From positions 5,517-69,516 of the forward strand of contig CALDDM010000019.1 in NCBI GenBank assembly GCA_937936355.1: DNA of 64,000 nt, given 5' to 3'. Numbering within the stretch: the first letter of the stretch is position 1; the number at the start of each line of letters is the position of its first letter. The position numbers were made by a program, and so were the translations under genes. Below the pieces are notes generated by a model. That model was not told the DNA's origin. It saw nothing but the letters and a program-made list of their open reading frames with translations, and made no database searches. Source of the stretch: Minisyncoccota bacterium (GTDB lineage: Bacteria; Patescibacteriota; Minisyncoccia; Moranbacterales; GCA-2747515). This document shows, piece after piece, positions 31,305 to 40,672 of the stretch.

Positions 31305-31316
31305 GGCAAGTGCTAA
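31290..31316 (-). promoter_or_regulatory. CIRCE operator (HrcA binding site)
   Basis: TTAGCACTC-tgtcaaggc-AAGTGCTAA compared with the consensus TTAGCACTC-N9-GAGTGCTAA gives one mismatch. It overlaps the -35 hexamer. Confidence 0.85.
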
Positions 31317-31357
31317 CAGTCAAAAACAGACAAGTGGAGGATGGAAATAGTAGACAG

Positions 31358-32881
31358 CTACTCTTGCACCTCATCACCCACAGCTGGCCGATCTACAGAT
31401 TTGTCTGCATTCTGTTGTGAGGCTTGGTCTGCCGTCTTATCTACAGCATCGTCATCATCCGCTACAACTGTAATAGGATCATATGTGCCCTCGAGGATCT
31501 GCTGTGCAATATCACGTTGGGGATCACGGTCATTATCATAATCTTCATCGCTGATCTCAATCTCTACATCTGGAGCAATGCCCTCTCCATCAATAACTTG
31601 TCGATCTGGCGTGAGCCACTTCGCAATCGTAATCTTTGCTGACGTGCCACCAGACATTTGAATAAGCTCTTGCACAGAGCCCTTACCAAACGTCTTCTGC
31701 CCAACAAGTGTCACACGATCCCCTAGATGCGCTTTGAGCGCACCAGCAAAAATCTCAGAAGCACTCGCACTACCTTGATTGATCAAGATAACAATCTCCG
31801 TGTCATTGTCAAAGAGTGGCTTACGATTTGTTTTATTAACCTTCTCAGCACCTCCTGAAGACTGTTCAATAACTGCAACTGCTCCTTGCGGCACAAAAAC
31901 ACTAACCATCTGTATAGCGCCACCAAGGATGCCACCTGGGTTATTTCGGAGATCAACGATAATCTTACGCAGACCGTCACGTTGCATTTTTTCAAGCTCC
32001 TCACGAAAAATTTGATCAGTATCTGTACCAAACTGAGAAACCCGTATCACACCGATGCCAGAGGCAGTGCGCTCTGTCGTGACACTTTTGATCTCAATTT
32101 TGTCACGTGTCACAGAGATGTCTTGCGTATCGTTATCGCCCTCCCGAAAGATCGTCAAAACAACAACAGAACCGCGCTCTCCTCGTATTTTCTTAACAGC
32201 ATCCTCTATACTTAAGTCAGAACTAATCTCCCCATCAATCTGGATAATACTATCCCCCGCACGAAGCCCAGCTTTCTCTGCTGGCGAATCGTCAAGAGGT
32301 GCGATAATGGTCAACAAATTACCGCGCAAACCGATTTCAGCACCTATACCATCAAAGCTGCCATTAATCTCCTCCTCGAAAGCTTGGTTAATCTCAGGAT
32401 CCAGAAATGTCGTGTATGGATCTCCAGTGGATGCAAACATACCCTTTATGGCACCATAAAGCATTTTCTGTGAATCGATATCACCCTTGTCGACATAGCG
32501 GTCGAGTAACATATCCCACGCATCCCAAAACAGTCCAAACTCAACACGGTCTTCAGGATCGGCACCAACGACGTTATTCGGCACACCGCCCAAGCCAGAG
32601 CGACCAATAAGAAGACCAGTCAAGAAAAGACAAATACCAGCAACAAAAGCCAGTAAAGGTAAGTTATTCTGTATATTCTGCTTTTGCGGACCATCTGATC
32701 CATCTCCAGATCCAGTGCGAGCAGGTGGTCGCAGCGTAACACCTTCATCATCAGCAGCAACGGACTGTGAGCTATAATTACGAACCTGAACCCTTTCCTG
32801 CAAATCATTCTTTACGTGGCTCTTGTCATTTCGCGATGCAGCGTCCGTGGTAGCACTCACATCTCTTTTTTCCTGTGTCAT
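31358..32881 (-). CDS. ctpA: Carboxy-terminal processing (S41, tail-specific) protease with a PDZ domain
   Basis: TM helix, PDZ GLRAGDSIIQIDG, catalytic Ser region NQGSASASEIFAGAL, and TFGKGSVQ. Confidence 0.9.
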   Translation of the reverse strand: MTQEKRDVSATTDAASRNDKSHVKNDLQERVQVRNYSSQSVAADDEGVTLRPPARTGSGDGSDGPQKQNIQNNLPLLAFVAGICLFLTGLLIGRSGLGGVPNNVVGADPEDRVEFGLFWDAWDMLLDRYVDKGDIDSQKMLYGAIKGMFASTGDPYTTFLDPEINQAFEEEINGSFDGIGAEIGLRGNLLTIIAPLDDSPAEKAGLRAGDSIIQIDGEISSDLSIEDAVKKIRGERGSVVVLTIFREGDNDTQDISVTRDKIEIKSVTTERTASGIGVIRVSQFGTDTDQIFREELEKMQRDGLRKIIVDLRNNPGGILGGAIQMVSVFVPQGAVAVIEQSSGGAEKVNKTNRKPLFDNDTEIVILINQGSASASEIFAGALKAHLGDRVTLVGQKTFGKGSVQELIQMSGGTSAKITIAKWLTPDRQVIDGEGIAPDVEIEISDEDYDNDRDPQRDIAQQILEGTYDPITVVADDDDAVDKTADQASQQNADKSVDRPAVGDEVQE

Positions 32882-33111
32882 GTAGTGTGTATATCAAATC
32901 TTTATAATCCAGCCTTACAATCCGTAAATTTCATCCAAAAAGCCCAAACCAAATGCGACCCAGAAAATCCTCGACTTGTGCAAGCGAAAGTCTCAAATAA
33001 TACTATTGTAACAGAATTACGCAAGAATGACCCTAACCGTCTTACAATTCACTCTAAATTGCGCAAGAGCACGTGGAGGCCATGGTCATAAGCCCTATCC
33101 ATAGACATCAT

Positions 33112-33960
33112 CTATGAGCGTGCATCCGTATCCTCAGAGCAAAAAGGTGACGACTGAAACCTGTATTTAGAAAAATACGTTAGAGCACTCCGCATGTGAA
33201 TCCATGTCAAGCGATTAAAGAGCATACTTCCTAAGCGAACCTTCCCCGCACTACCCTTCCCATAGAAGTGAAAGAGTGTAATGCCAGGATGATACACAAC
33301 ACGCAGACCAGCCTCCCAAAAACGCCGACACCAATCCACATCCTCCATATACATAAAAAAGCGTGTATCCATCTCGCCAACAACATCGTACGCACGACGC
33401 CTGACAAACATCGCACTACCGATCACCCACGGCGCAGGATACGGAGTAGTGACATCCCACCGATCCTTCATCTGGAATCGCTCTAAATGCCTCTTGGCAA
33501 AAGGTAATCGCCCAAGGAGGGTTCTTCTATAGAGGATCGTCGTTAGCTTATAAAAATTAAACCGCGTAATCTCCCGTCTGCCATCAAAGTTCTTTTGCGC
33601 AGGGCCACACATCGCTACGTCTTGATGTTCATCCATATAAGCAACAAGATGCGCAATCGTTTCTGATTCAAGGATCGTATCTGGATTGAGGATAAAGATA
33701 TACTCTCCACGACTTTGCTTGAGGCACGCATTAACCAGTGCCACAAAACCAACATTCTGCGCATGAGGAATGAATTGGTACGCAGGAAACTCCTCCTGCA
33801 TCAAAAGCTTTGTCTCTTGTTCTGTAGCAGCATCTGCAACAATAACTTCAACATCCGTCTGATCTGCATGCTCAGCTATAGACTGCAAGCACATCCGTAA
33901 CATTTCCACATTCTTGTAGCTTTGCACACCGATCGTCACGCGTGGAGTTATTTCTGACAT
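33112..33960 (-). CDS. Glycosyltransferase family 2
   Basis: VIVADAATEQ (nucleotide-sugar binding), ILNPD, and YMEDVDWCRRF, typical of GT2 rhamnosyl-type transferases. Confidence 0.8.
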   Translation of the reverse strand: MSEITPRVTIGVQSYKNVEMLRMCLQSIAEHADQTDVEVIVADAATEQETKLLMQEEFPAYQFIPHAQNVGFVALVNACLKQSRGEYIFILNPDTILESETIAHLVAYMDEHQDVAMCGPAQKNFDGRREITRFNFYKLTTILYRRTLLGRLPFAKRHLERFQMKDRWDVTTPYPAPWVIGSAMFVRRRAYDVVGEMDTRFFMYMEDVDWCRRFWEAGLRVVYHPGITLFHFYGKGSAGKVRLGSMLFNRLTWIHMRSALTYFSKYRFQSSPFCSEDTDARS

Positions 33961-33972
33961 AAGTTTTGGCGC

Positions 33973-36456
33973 CTAATTATCTGACACGTCACCTGCGGCT
34001 TCTGGAGAATCATCATCCGCAAAGGAGGCAAAGAGCGCATGAATATCACCAAATGTATCGTCTCGCGGGCGCAAGATATACCCAAAGCCAGAGTCATACC
34101 CATCTTCCTCGTCTGGTGCATAAAGGAAGCCATCCTGACCATCATCCAAGACCGTTTGTGAAAGTGCATTATCATCTAATTGCTGATAAATACCGAAGAG
34201 CTTATCAAGTTCCCACAGCTCCATATCAAACTCCACATTATCTCCCACAATCGACAAAATCTCGTTCAAACGACCAAAGTCTCGTACCAGATTCAGCGAT
34301 GTAGCCTTGGTCCGCAAACTATCCAAAACATCCTGTTGGCGTCGCGCACGGTCAAAATCGCTACTTGTCATACGAGATCTCACATAACACAGCGCATCTG
34401 CACCACTCAAAACCTGATCACCCTTGTCGACACGGAAAATACCACCACACTCAGGAGAAGAGTTATGACACAAAGGATACTCTGCAGTGATCTTGCCGTT
34501 CTTGCCGAACTTCTTCTGCGTCTCGCCAGTTGGCACCGTAAACACACCACCATTGTCACCATCACAGACGTGCACTTGGTTAAACTGCAAGGGCTCAACA
34601 AATTCCTCTGCCAAGGCGACGTCAACACCACCTAACGCATCAACAATCTGCGAGAAGCCTTCAAAGTTAATAGCAACACCATAGTGAATCGGTGCTCCAG
34701 TAACTTTGCCGAGCACAGTCTTCATCGCTTCAATACCACCACCGCCAACCTGCTGCTTCTCCCCATAGAAATAAACAGTATTAATCTTTCCCAATCGACC
34801 ATCTGGCCCCTCAACCAGGAGGTCACGCGGCACGCTAAGTGCCGAGACTTTGTAAGAAGGACCGTTCTCGATAATACTCACGACCATAATCGTATCTGCG
34901 AGCAAACCGCCACCAACAACACCATAACCGCGCATCCCTACAATGGCAATGTTGATGCGACCACTATCCTGACCCTTGAGCACAAGCTCCTCACCAGCAA
35001 CACGCTTCCCGATGCTGTCCCAGATACTCTTTTGTGACACGGCCTGACTCAGAGCATTAACGCGCCACACAACTGCACCGACGCAAATCAGCGTCAGTAC
35101 AAAAAGAAAGAGAGCAATTTTTTTCCATGGCTTCTTTCCAGAAACACGAGATCCCTGGGGGGACTGAGAATTGAATGTATTTTTCATGTTTGTATTTGAT
35201 GCTGTATACAATCCTTCCAGAGCAGACAAAAAGGCAAATCCACTCCTGTGCCAACTATACCGATCACGCCTTTTCTGCGCTTTCACTACCAGCTCACTTC
35301 GCTTCTGAGCATCACTCCATACAGTATAAATTGCACGTGCACATTGGTCAATTTGCGCGCCAGCCTGAGACCGATCCCCGCCTACAGGAAAGTACAGCGC
35401 ACTATCACCAGCCACCTCACGAAAAACAGGAATATCAGAGCACACCACAGGTACATTTGCCCACATAGCCTCCAAAAGAGGCACGCCAAAGCCCTCATAA
35501 AGCGAGGGGACAATACACATCGCAGACAGCCTGTAGACGTGCGGCAAATCATCATCAGCAATATACCCAGTAAAAACGATACGATCAGCAATTGCTGGCG
35601 TAGCGCCAAGTGATGCGACGATGCGATCAATCGATTGGTCAAAATGATACGCACGCTGCCCACCAATCACGAGATGCAAATCTGGAACCTCCTGGGCAAA
35701 ACGTGCAAAAGCCTCGATCGCATGTGCGATATTTTTACGTGGCTGCATCGTCCCAAGGCTAAAGATATAGTGCTGGGGCAATCCATATTTCTCACGCACA
35801 TATGCTGTATACTCGACCCCTGTATCTTTTTGTAGCTCCTTTGTGCGTGCGATATATTTTTCACTACACGCATTATCAATCTGGACTACCTTGTGAGCAA
35901 CATCAGGATAGTATTGAACAATCTGATCACGCGTAAACGCACTCACAGCAATCACAATATCAGCCCGTCGTAGGCTACGCGGAATCATCACATCCAAAAA
36001 GGCAAGATCTTTCCTCGAGATCATAGGTCTGACAGACGGCACAGCAAAAGAAACATCATGAATGTGAGTCGCAACGCGGACGCGGCGCGGGAGAAAAAAC
36101 GGCACGATATACTCCGTGTGAAAAGTATCAATCAAGAATCGTCGCACAAAGCGAGGAACACTCCACAAAATCCATAAAAAGCGGTGAGGCGCCCACAAGC
36201 TATGGACGCTGACACGTGATCGCGCCTCTGGCGTAAGAGAAGAAAAGTCCAAAACATTGGCGACATACGCCAAAACACTTGACTCCTGTGTGTCAGTAAT
36301 CAGATGAATATGGTGGTCATGTTGCGCATGAATCAGAGATCGCACAAGTGCCACAACGACAGACTCACTACCTGTACGATGCCGACCGATATTACGAATA
36401 TCAATCGCTATATGGCGACCTACAGAGCCTTCACGTATCGTACTCTCGGGTATCAT
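33973..36456 (-). CDS. Fusion protein: GT4 (GT1-fold) glycosyltransferase, one TM helix, then an LCP (LytR-CpsA-Psr) domain
   Basis: aa 1-415 GT4 (PSLYEGFGVPLLEAMWANVPVVCS), aa 446-465 TM (KIALFLFVLTLICVGAVVWR, nt 35062-35121), aa ~495-760 LCP (NIAIVGMRG..LLADTIMVVSI, SVPRDL, ALCYVRSRMTSSDFDRARRQQDV), then an acidic tail. A single uninterrupted frame. Confidence 0.85.
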   Translation of the reverse strand: MIPESTIREGSVGRHIAIDIRNIGRHRTGSESVVVALVRSLIHAQHDHHIHLITDTQESSVLAYVANVLDFSSLTPEARSRVSVHSLWAPHRFLWILWSVPRFVRRFLIDTFHTEYIVPFFLPRRVRVATHIHDVSFAVPSVRPMISRKDLAFLDVMIPRSLRRADIVIAVSAFTRDQIVQYYPDVAHKVVQIDNACSEKYIARTKELQKDTGVEYTAYVREKYGLPQHYIFSLGTMQPRKNIAHAIEAFARFAQEVPDLHLVIGGQRAYHFDQSIDRIVASLGATPAIADRIVFTGYIADDDLPHVYRLSAMCIVPSLYEGFGVPLLEAMWANVPVVCSDIPVFREVAGDSALYFPVGGDRSQAGAQIDQCARAIYTVWSDAQKRSELVVKAQKRRDRYSWHRSGFAFLSALEGLYTASNTNMKNTFNSQSPQGSRVSGKKPWKKIALFLFVLTLICVGAVVWRVNALSQAVSQKSIWDSIGKRVAGEELVLKGQDSGRINIAIVGMRGYGVVGGGLLADTIMVVSIIENGPSYKVSALSVPRDLLVEGPDGRLGKINTVYFYGEKQQVGGGGIEAMKTVLGKVTGAPIHYGVAINFEGFSQIVDALGGVDVALAEEFVEPLQFNQVHVCDGDNGGVFTVPTGETQKKFGKNGKITAEYPLCHNSSPECGGIFRVDKGDQVLSGADALCYVRSRMTSSDFDRARRQQDVLDSLRTKATSLNLVRDFGRLNEILSIVGDNVEFDMELWELDKLFGIYQQLDDNALSQTVLDDGQDGFLYAPDEEDGYDSGFGYILRPRDDTFGDIHALFASFADDDSPEAAGDVSDN

Positions 36457-36523
36457 AAATCCTTTTCAATGACTTATTTCAGTAGCATAATGATCTCCAC
36501 CTCTTTTACTGCGAAACCAGAAA

Positions 36524-37570
36524 TCACTCTTGATCTTCCTCATCTACAGAAGTATCTTCATCATCATCTACACTATCATCCTGCGGAGCTACACCTGCGG
36601 CATCCTCCACAATGACTTCTTCGATGACTGTCTGTTCACCCCCCTTCATACGATAGAAGACTTTCTCCACGACACGTACATCAACCTCCGTGATAGCGCG
36701 TCGCAAATCCTCCTCATCCGTCTGTGTAAAAAATGCCCGCAAAACAGCAAGGGTCAGGCGTGAATCACTGCGCGCGTCAACCAAGACATCCCATCCCTCA
36801 TCTGTCTGTAGGCGTGCGTGCCCAGAACCCAAAAAGGTCAGCAGTGGCACCCCGATGATCTGCGTATCAATCGTATACGGAAACTGACCAACAAGCGCAA
36901 CCAACGTCGCAATAATCTCTGGATCGACGATCACACGCTGATCCCCCTGCTCAAACGCTGCTGCAGAAAATTCTTTTGCATCAATGCGCAGTACAGGATT
37001 GACGCGGTAACGATTGTCTTGTGAAACTACCTCCCTACTACGCATACCAAGCGAATCTATTTCAAGGCACCGCGCTTGCGCAAGCGGGAGCACAACATCG
37101 ACGTCTCCACTACGACCGCTCTCACATAAAATCACAATCCGCTCATACTCGACGACAGACACACGTAACTCCTGTGGAAAAACTTTTGTAATCGTAACCG
37201 TCTTAACCTCTTGATACTGATCAAGGATAAAACTCTCAAGAGCTGTGCGATCAACAAACAAAAGATTCCGCCGAGGGATACTCGCTATCATTTTACCACC
37301 AATCTGAGTATCAATATCAGCGCGCAAACTTTGAGCGGTAACGCGCTGCGCCCCATCAACAACGATCTGATTGACTTTTAAAAAGGGCGCGTACATAAGC
37401 GCATACGCACTAGCAACGAGAAAGCAAATGAGGAAAACATAAAAAATCCCACGGTACACCCATCGCCACTTATCTTGCGTGTCCTCATGCGCCGCAGTAT
37501 CGTCAAAGCGCTCATGGGAGCGTCTACGTGGCCGCGATTTTTTCTTTATTTGTAATCGTTTCGTACCCAT
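36524..37570 (-). CDS. ftsQ: Cell division protein FtsQ/DivIB-like (POTRA domain) with an acidic C-terminal tail
   Basis: Basic N-terminus, TM helix (IFYVFLICFLVASAYALM), POTRA-like VNQIVVDGAQRVTAQSLRADI. I chose the ATG at 37570; the ORF-track start at 37807 overlaps holB. Confidence 0.7.
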   Translation of the reverse strand: MGTKRLQIKKKSRPRRRSHERFDDTAAHEDTQDKWRWVYRGIFYVFLICFLVASAYALMYAPFLKVNQIVVDGAQRVTAQSLRADIDTQIGGKMIASIPRRNLLFVDRTALESFILDQYQEVKTVTITKVFPQELRVSVVEYERIVILCESGRSGDVDVVLPLAQARCLEIDSLGMRSREVVSQDNRYRVNPVLRIDAKEFSAAAFEQGDQRVIVDPEIIATLVALVGQFPYTIDTQIIGVPLLTFLGSGHARLQTDEGWDVLVDARSDSRLTLAVLRAFFTQTDEEDLRRAITEVDVRVVEKVFYRMKGGEQTVIEEVIVEDAAGVAPQDDSVDDDEDTSVDEEDQE

Positions 37571-37625
37571 GGTAACTATTATAGTAGTGCTACGAGAGAG
37601 AAATGCTACAAGGAAAATCGCGAAG

Positions 37626-38522
37626 CTAAAAATGCAACAACATATTCTCCAGTGCAATGCGTGCACTTGCATTTGATGATCGGATGATGAGAAGCGTCTC
37701 CAAGATACGTCGTGAGTATGCCAAAACGTCATAGCGACGTGTATCATGAGCAACATCCCTGGTACGCATAAGCCACGTCTCCAGAAAATACTCTGCGCGC
37801 ACCACATCCTTCGCTAAGTCCTGCGCATAGCTCAGGCGCTGCGCAACAGACCAACTGCGGATCTCTTTCAAGTCACTAACCGCTTGAGTAGCATCTTGGC
37901 GCAGTGATTCATCATGCATGAGTGTACACGCGAGACCTGGTCGCTGTGGTGCGAGTTCGCAGACCGCTGGCGTGAGGTGCGCAATACGCGACACCTCATC
38001 TGACGCACACAGATCAAAAGAAACAATCATACCGCGCGAGAGCACTGTAGGCAAAAGACGCGCCTTGTCTGTCGAAACAAAAATAACCACCATCCCAGCT
38101 GGTGGCTCTTCAATGATCTTGAGAAGTGCATTAGCAGCACTGGACGTCATGAGGTCCGCATCATCCACAAGCAAAAAGCGACGACCACTGCGTGTTGTTT
38201 TTTGAGCTCGTTTAATGATCTGTCGGACCTGCTCCACACTGATCTTTTTGACTTTAGTGATACCTTTTTCCTCCACAGCTTGGGGTGCAAGCACGATGAT
38301 CTCCTCATGTGTACGTGGCAAAAATGCCGTCTCCCAGAGAATCGCGCCATCATGTCCTGTAACATACGCATGCGCAAAACACCGCGCAATTGTCGCCTTG
38401 CCAATGTGCGACGGCCCAGTAAAGATCATCATATGATGGCGCATCACAGACTGCGAAAGCAGACGTGACAAATAATCGCGTTGCCTCTGATGTCCAACAA
38501 TATCGTAATGTTCTGTAGTCAT
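37626..38522 (-). CDS. holB: DNA polymerase III delta' subunit
   Basis: MMIFTGPSHIGKATIARCFA (P-loop-like) and RRFLLVDDADLMTSSAANALLKIIEEPP. Confidence 0.85.
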   Translation of the reverse strand: MTTEHYDIVGHQRQRDYLSRLLSQSVMRHHMMIFTGPSHIGKATIARCFAHAYVTGHDGAILWETAFLPRTHEEIIVLAPQAVEEKGITKVKKISVEQVRQIIKRAQKTTRSGRRFLLVDDADLMTSSAANALLKIIEEPPAGMVVIFVSTDKARLLPTVLSRGMIVSFDLCASDEVSRIAHLTPAVCELAPQRPGLACTLMHDESLRQDATQAVSDLKEIRSWSVAQRLSYAQDLAKDVVRAEYFLETWLMRTRDVAHDTRRYDVLAYSRRILETLLIIRSSNASARIALENMLLHF

Positions 38523-38527
38523 ATCTT

Positions 38528-39769
38528 TTACTCTTTTTCATCGACGCCATCTTTCCGATCTCGCACGACAGATTGATGATCGGTCCCATCAACAGTCTTC
38601 TGAAGGATGCGGCGCATATTCTTCTCAAAAATTGCCTGCGAAAAAAGCCCTGCGCGCTCGCGCAATACATTCGGATCAAAATCTTTCTCCACCTCCAAAA
38701 ACCGCCGAAAACCGTCAGCAAGTACCTCCACCGTTGGCTGTGCACAGTGGATACCGTGCTCGCCATCGAGAACGATCTCACGCGCACCACCTTTACCAAC
38801 CATAATCACTGGCACACCAGCACCAAGAGATTCCACGCAGACAATCCCAAAGTCATCAACAGCAGGAAAGATCAGCGCCCGCGCGCCAGACAACACCTCC
38901 CATTTACGATCCTCACTGCACCATTCCAAAAACTCTATGGTCTCACCAGCAATCTGACGCAGTTCCTGCTCATGCGGACCATCCCCAATAATCTTGAGCG
39001 GCAACGAAAGCTTATTGCACACATCAATCGCAATCTGGATGTTCTTGTATGGCACCAATCGCGAAATGATGACGAAGTACCCATCGCCAGAACCATCATC
39101 AGAATGATCACCGGAAGAAGAGTCCAAAGCTAACGATGAGAGACCCTCAGGAATCGCAACAGGCGGATAGACAAGCTCTGATGGAAGTCTATAATACTTC
39201 CCAATACGATCCGCAGTATAGAGAGAATTCGCGACAAGCACATCAGGACGTTGTGCTGCCTGATAGTCCCACACACGCAAGTAGCTCAAAAGCTGACGGA
39301 CAAAAAACCGTCCACGCCCTACAGCGCGGCGCATATAGCGCTCGTTCTCATCCCAGATGTAGCGCATTGGCGAGTGAATGTAGGCAATGTGCTTTGTATA
39401 GAGTCGCGTCACCAACCCCTTACTCCACGCACCAGAAGAAGAGATCACCACATCATACTCACGTAGATCAAGGGACTCTGTCGCAGCCGCATAAAACGGA
39501 AGGAGCCACCGATGCCGCTTCCGCACAAAACCAGGAGATTTCTGCAAAAAACTCGCATACACCGTCCGATCTGCAAGGTCCTCCCCAAGGATGTCGCGGT
39601 AGCGCTCCTCGTCATAGAGAAGTGTATAGACAGGCGCATCAGGGTACATCCGCATCAGCACACGCAAAACACTCTCAGCACCCCCAGGATACAACAAAAA
39701 GTCGTGTACAATCGCGATCCGCGGCCCATCAGGAAAAGCTTCAGAAACATCTCTCTCACGCTCACTCAT
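38528..39769 (-). CDS. Glycosyltransferase family 4 (GT1-fold)
   Basis: 413 aa. C-terminal half PAVDDFGIVCVESLGAGVPVI fits the E-x7-E region of GT4 enzymes. Confidence 0.8.
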   Translation of the reverse strand: MSERERDVSEAFPDGPRIAIVHDFLLYPGGAESVLRVLMRMYPDAPVYTLLYDEERYRDILGEDLADRTVYASFLQKSPGFVRKRHRWLLPFYAAATESLDLREYDVVISSSGAWSKGLVTRLYTKHIAYIHSPMRYIWDENERYMRRAVGRGRFFVRQLLSYLRVWDYQAAQRPDVLVANSLYTADRIGKYYRLPSELVYPPVAIPEGLSSLALDSSSGDHSDDGSGDGYFVIISRLVPYKNIQIAIDVCNKLSLPLKIIGDGPHEQELRQIAGETIEFLEWCSEDRKWEVLSGARALIFPAVDDFGIVCVESLGAGVPVIMVGKGGAREIVLDGEHGIHCAQPTVEVLADGFRRFLEVEKDFDPNVLRERAGLFSQAIFEKNMRRILQKTVDGTDHQSVVRDRKDGVDEKE

Positions 39770-39873
39770 GCAGTCATTTCATTCAATTATCTCCCCATTA
39801 TACACCATCCCAAAACCCTCACCACCAAAGTCATACGCTATCACAATCGACTATAAGGCATATATCGACCATT

Positions 39874-39912
39874 GAAAAACAGCAGCATGATGTGCTGCTG
39901 TTTGTTATTTTT
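39874..39912 (-). terminator. Rho-independent terminator after the 40016-40537 gene
   Basis: Perfect 10-bp stem AACAGCAGCA-tgatg-TGCTGCTGTT with T-rich flanks on both strands. Confidence 0.75.
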
Positions 39913-40015
39913 TGACGTAGGTAAAAAGCATCAAAGAATGAGGTGAGATGATCTCAATCGGTCGTTAGCGATCGGCCAGACCAGCCAGCCAATCAGACAG
40001 ACAAATCAAAACTGA

Positions 40016-40537
40016 TCAGATCAATCCATGGTGACATGCCTTTGCCCATCGTGCAGAGAGTTCATAACGACCACATCCCTCGACGATCCGCGCGGCAAAG
40101 TCAGTTGTGATAATCCTTGCACGCACCTCAGTTACCAGACATGACACAGTATCAAGTGTCTCTGGTTGGCCCGACGCACCAATCCCGTGTGCAGGACAGT
40201 TTGGTGCTCGCACGTACAAACCACCCCCATAACGCTTCTCATCAGGATTATAACCCGCCTCAAAGCTCGTATTCACTTCATGACGAATTGCTCTAGACGG
40301 TTTTTCTACAGAAAGGCGACGAAAATCACCAATCTTCTCAGGATTTGGCTTCCCTGCCATAAACTGAATCACCAGCTCCGCAAGGGATACATTCAGCTCA
40401 ATAAAAGAAAAATATAATCCAAAATAATCACGTCCTTCTAACTCCTCTTTGAAGACTTCGCCAACATCCGCAACAACTTCTTGCGCCACAACTACAACAT
40501 TAGAATCGTTAACTATTGTCAGCACTGGACTAGACAT
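40016..40537 (-). CDS. Hypothetical protein (weak GlcG/HbpS, DUF336-like resemblance)
   Basis: 173 aa monocistronic unit. YGGGLYVRAPNCPAHGIGASGQPETLD loosely resembles the GGG..G.IGvSG..D pattern of DUF336. This resemblance is very tentative. Confidence 0.45.
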   Translation of the reverse strand: MSSPVLTIVNDSNVVVVAQEVVADVGEVFKEELEGRDYFGLYFSFIELNVSLAELVIQFMAGKPNPEKIGDFRRLSVEKPSRAIRHEVNTSFEAGYNPDEKRYGGGLYVRAPNCPAHGIGASGQPETLDTVSCLVTEVRARIITTDFAARIVEGCGRYELSARWAKACHHGLI

Positions 40538-40625
40538 ACTAAATCTCCGCTCTTGTTATGAAAATAAAATGAACACGTTACAACAAGACGCATTATACGA
40601 CAAAAAATGAAATCTGTCTATAAAA

Positions 40626-40654
40626 CAAAAAACACGAGCAGCGCTCGTGTTTTT
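40626..40654 (-). terminator. Rho-independent terminator after rpsP
   Basis: Minus strand reads ACACGAGC-gct-GCTCGTGTTTTTTGTTTT. Confidence 0.8.
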
Positions 40655-40672
40655 GCAAAAATTCTTTGTATA

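Noticed and set aside
39136-39915. 259-aa plus-strand ORF rich in His/Gln/Ser/Pro
   Set aside because: It is antisense to the GT4 glycosyltransferase gene (38528-39769) and has no motifs. It is a shadow frame.
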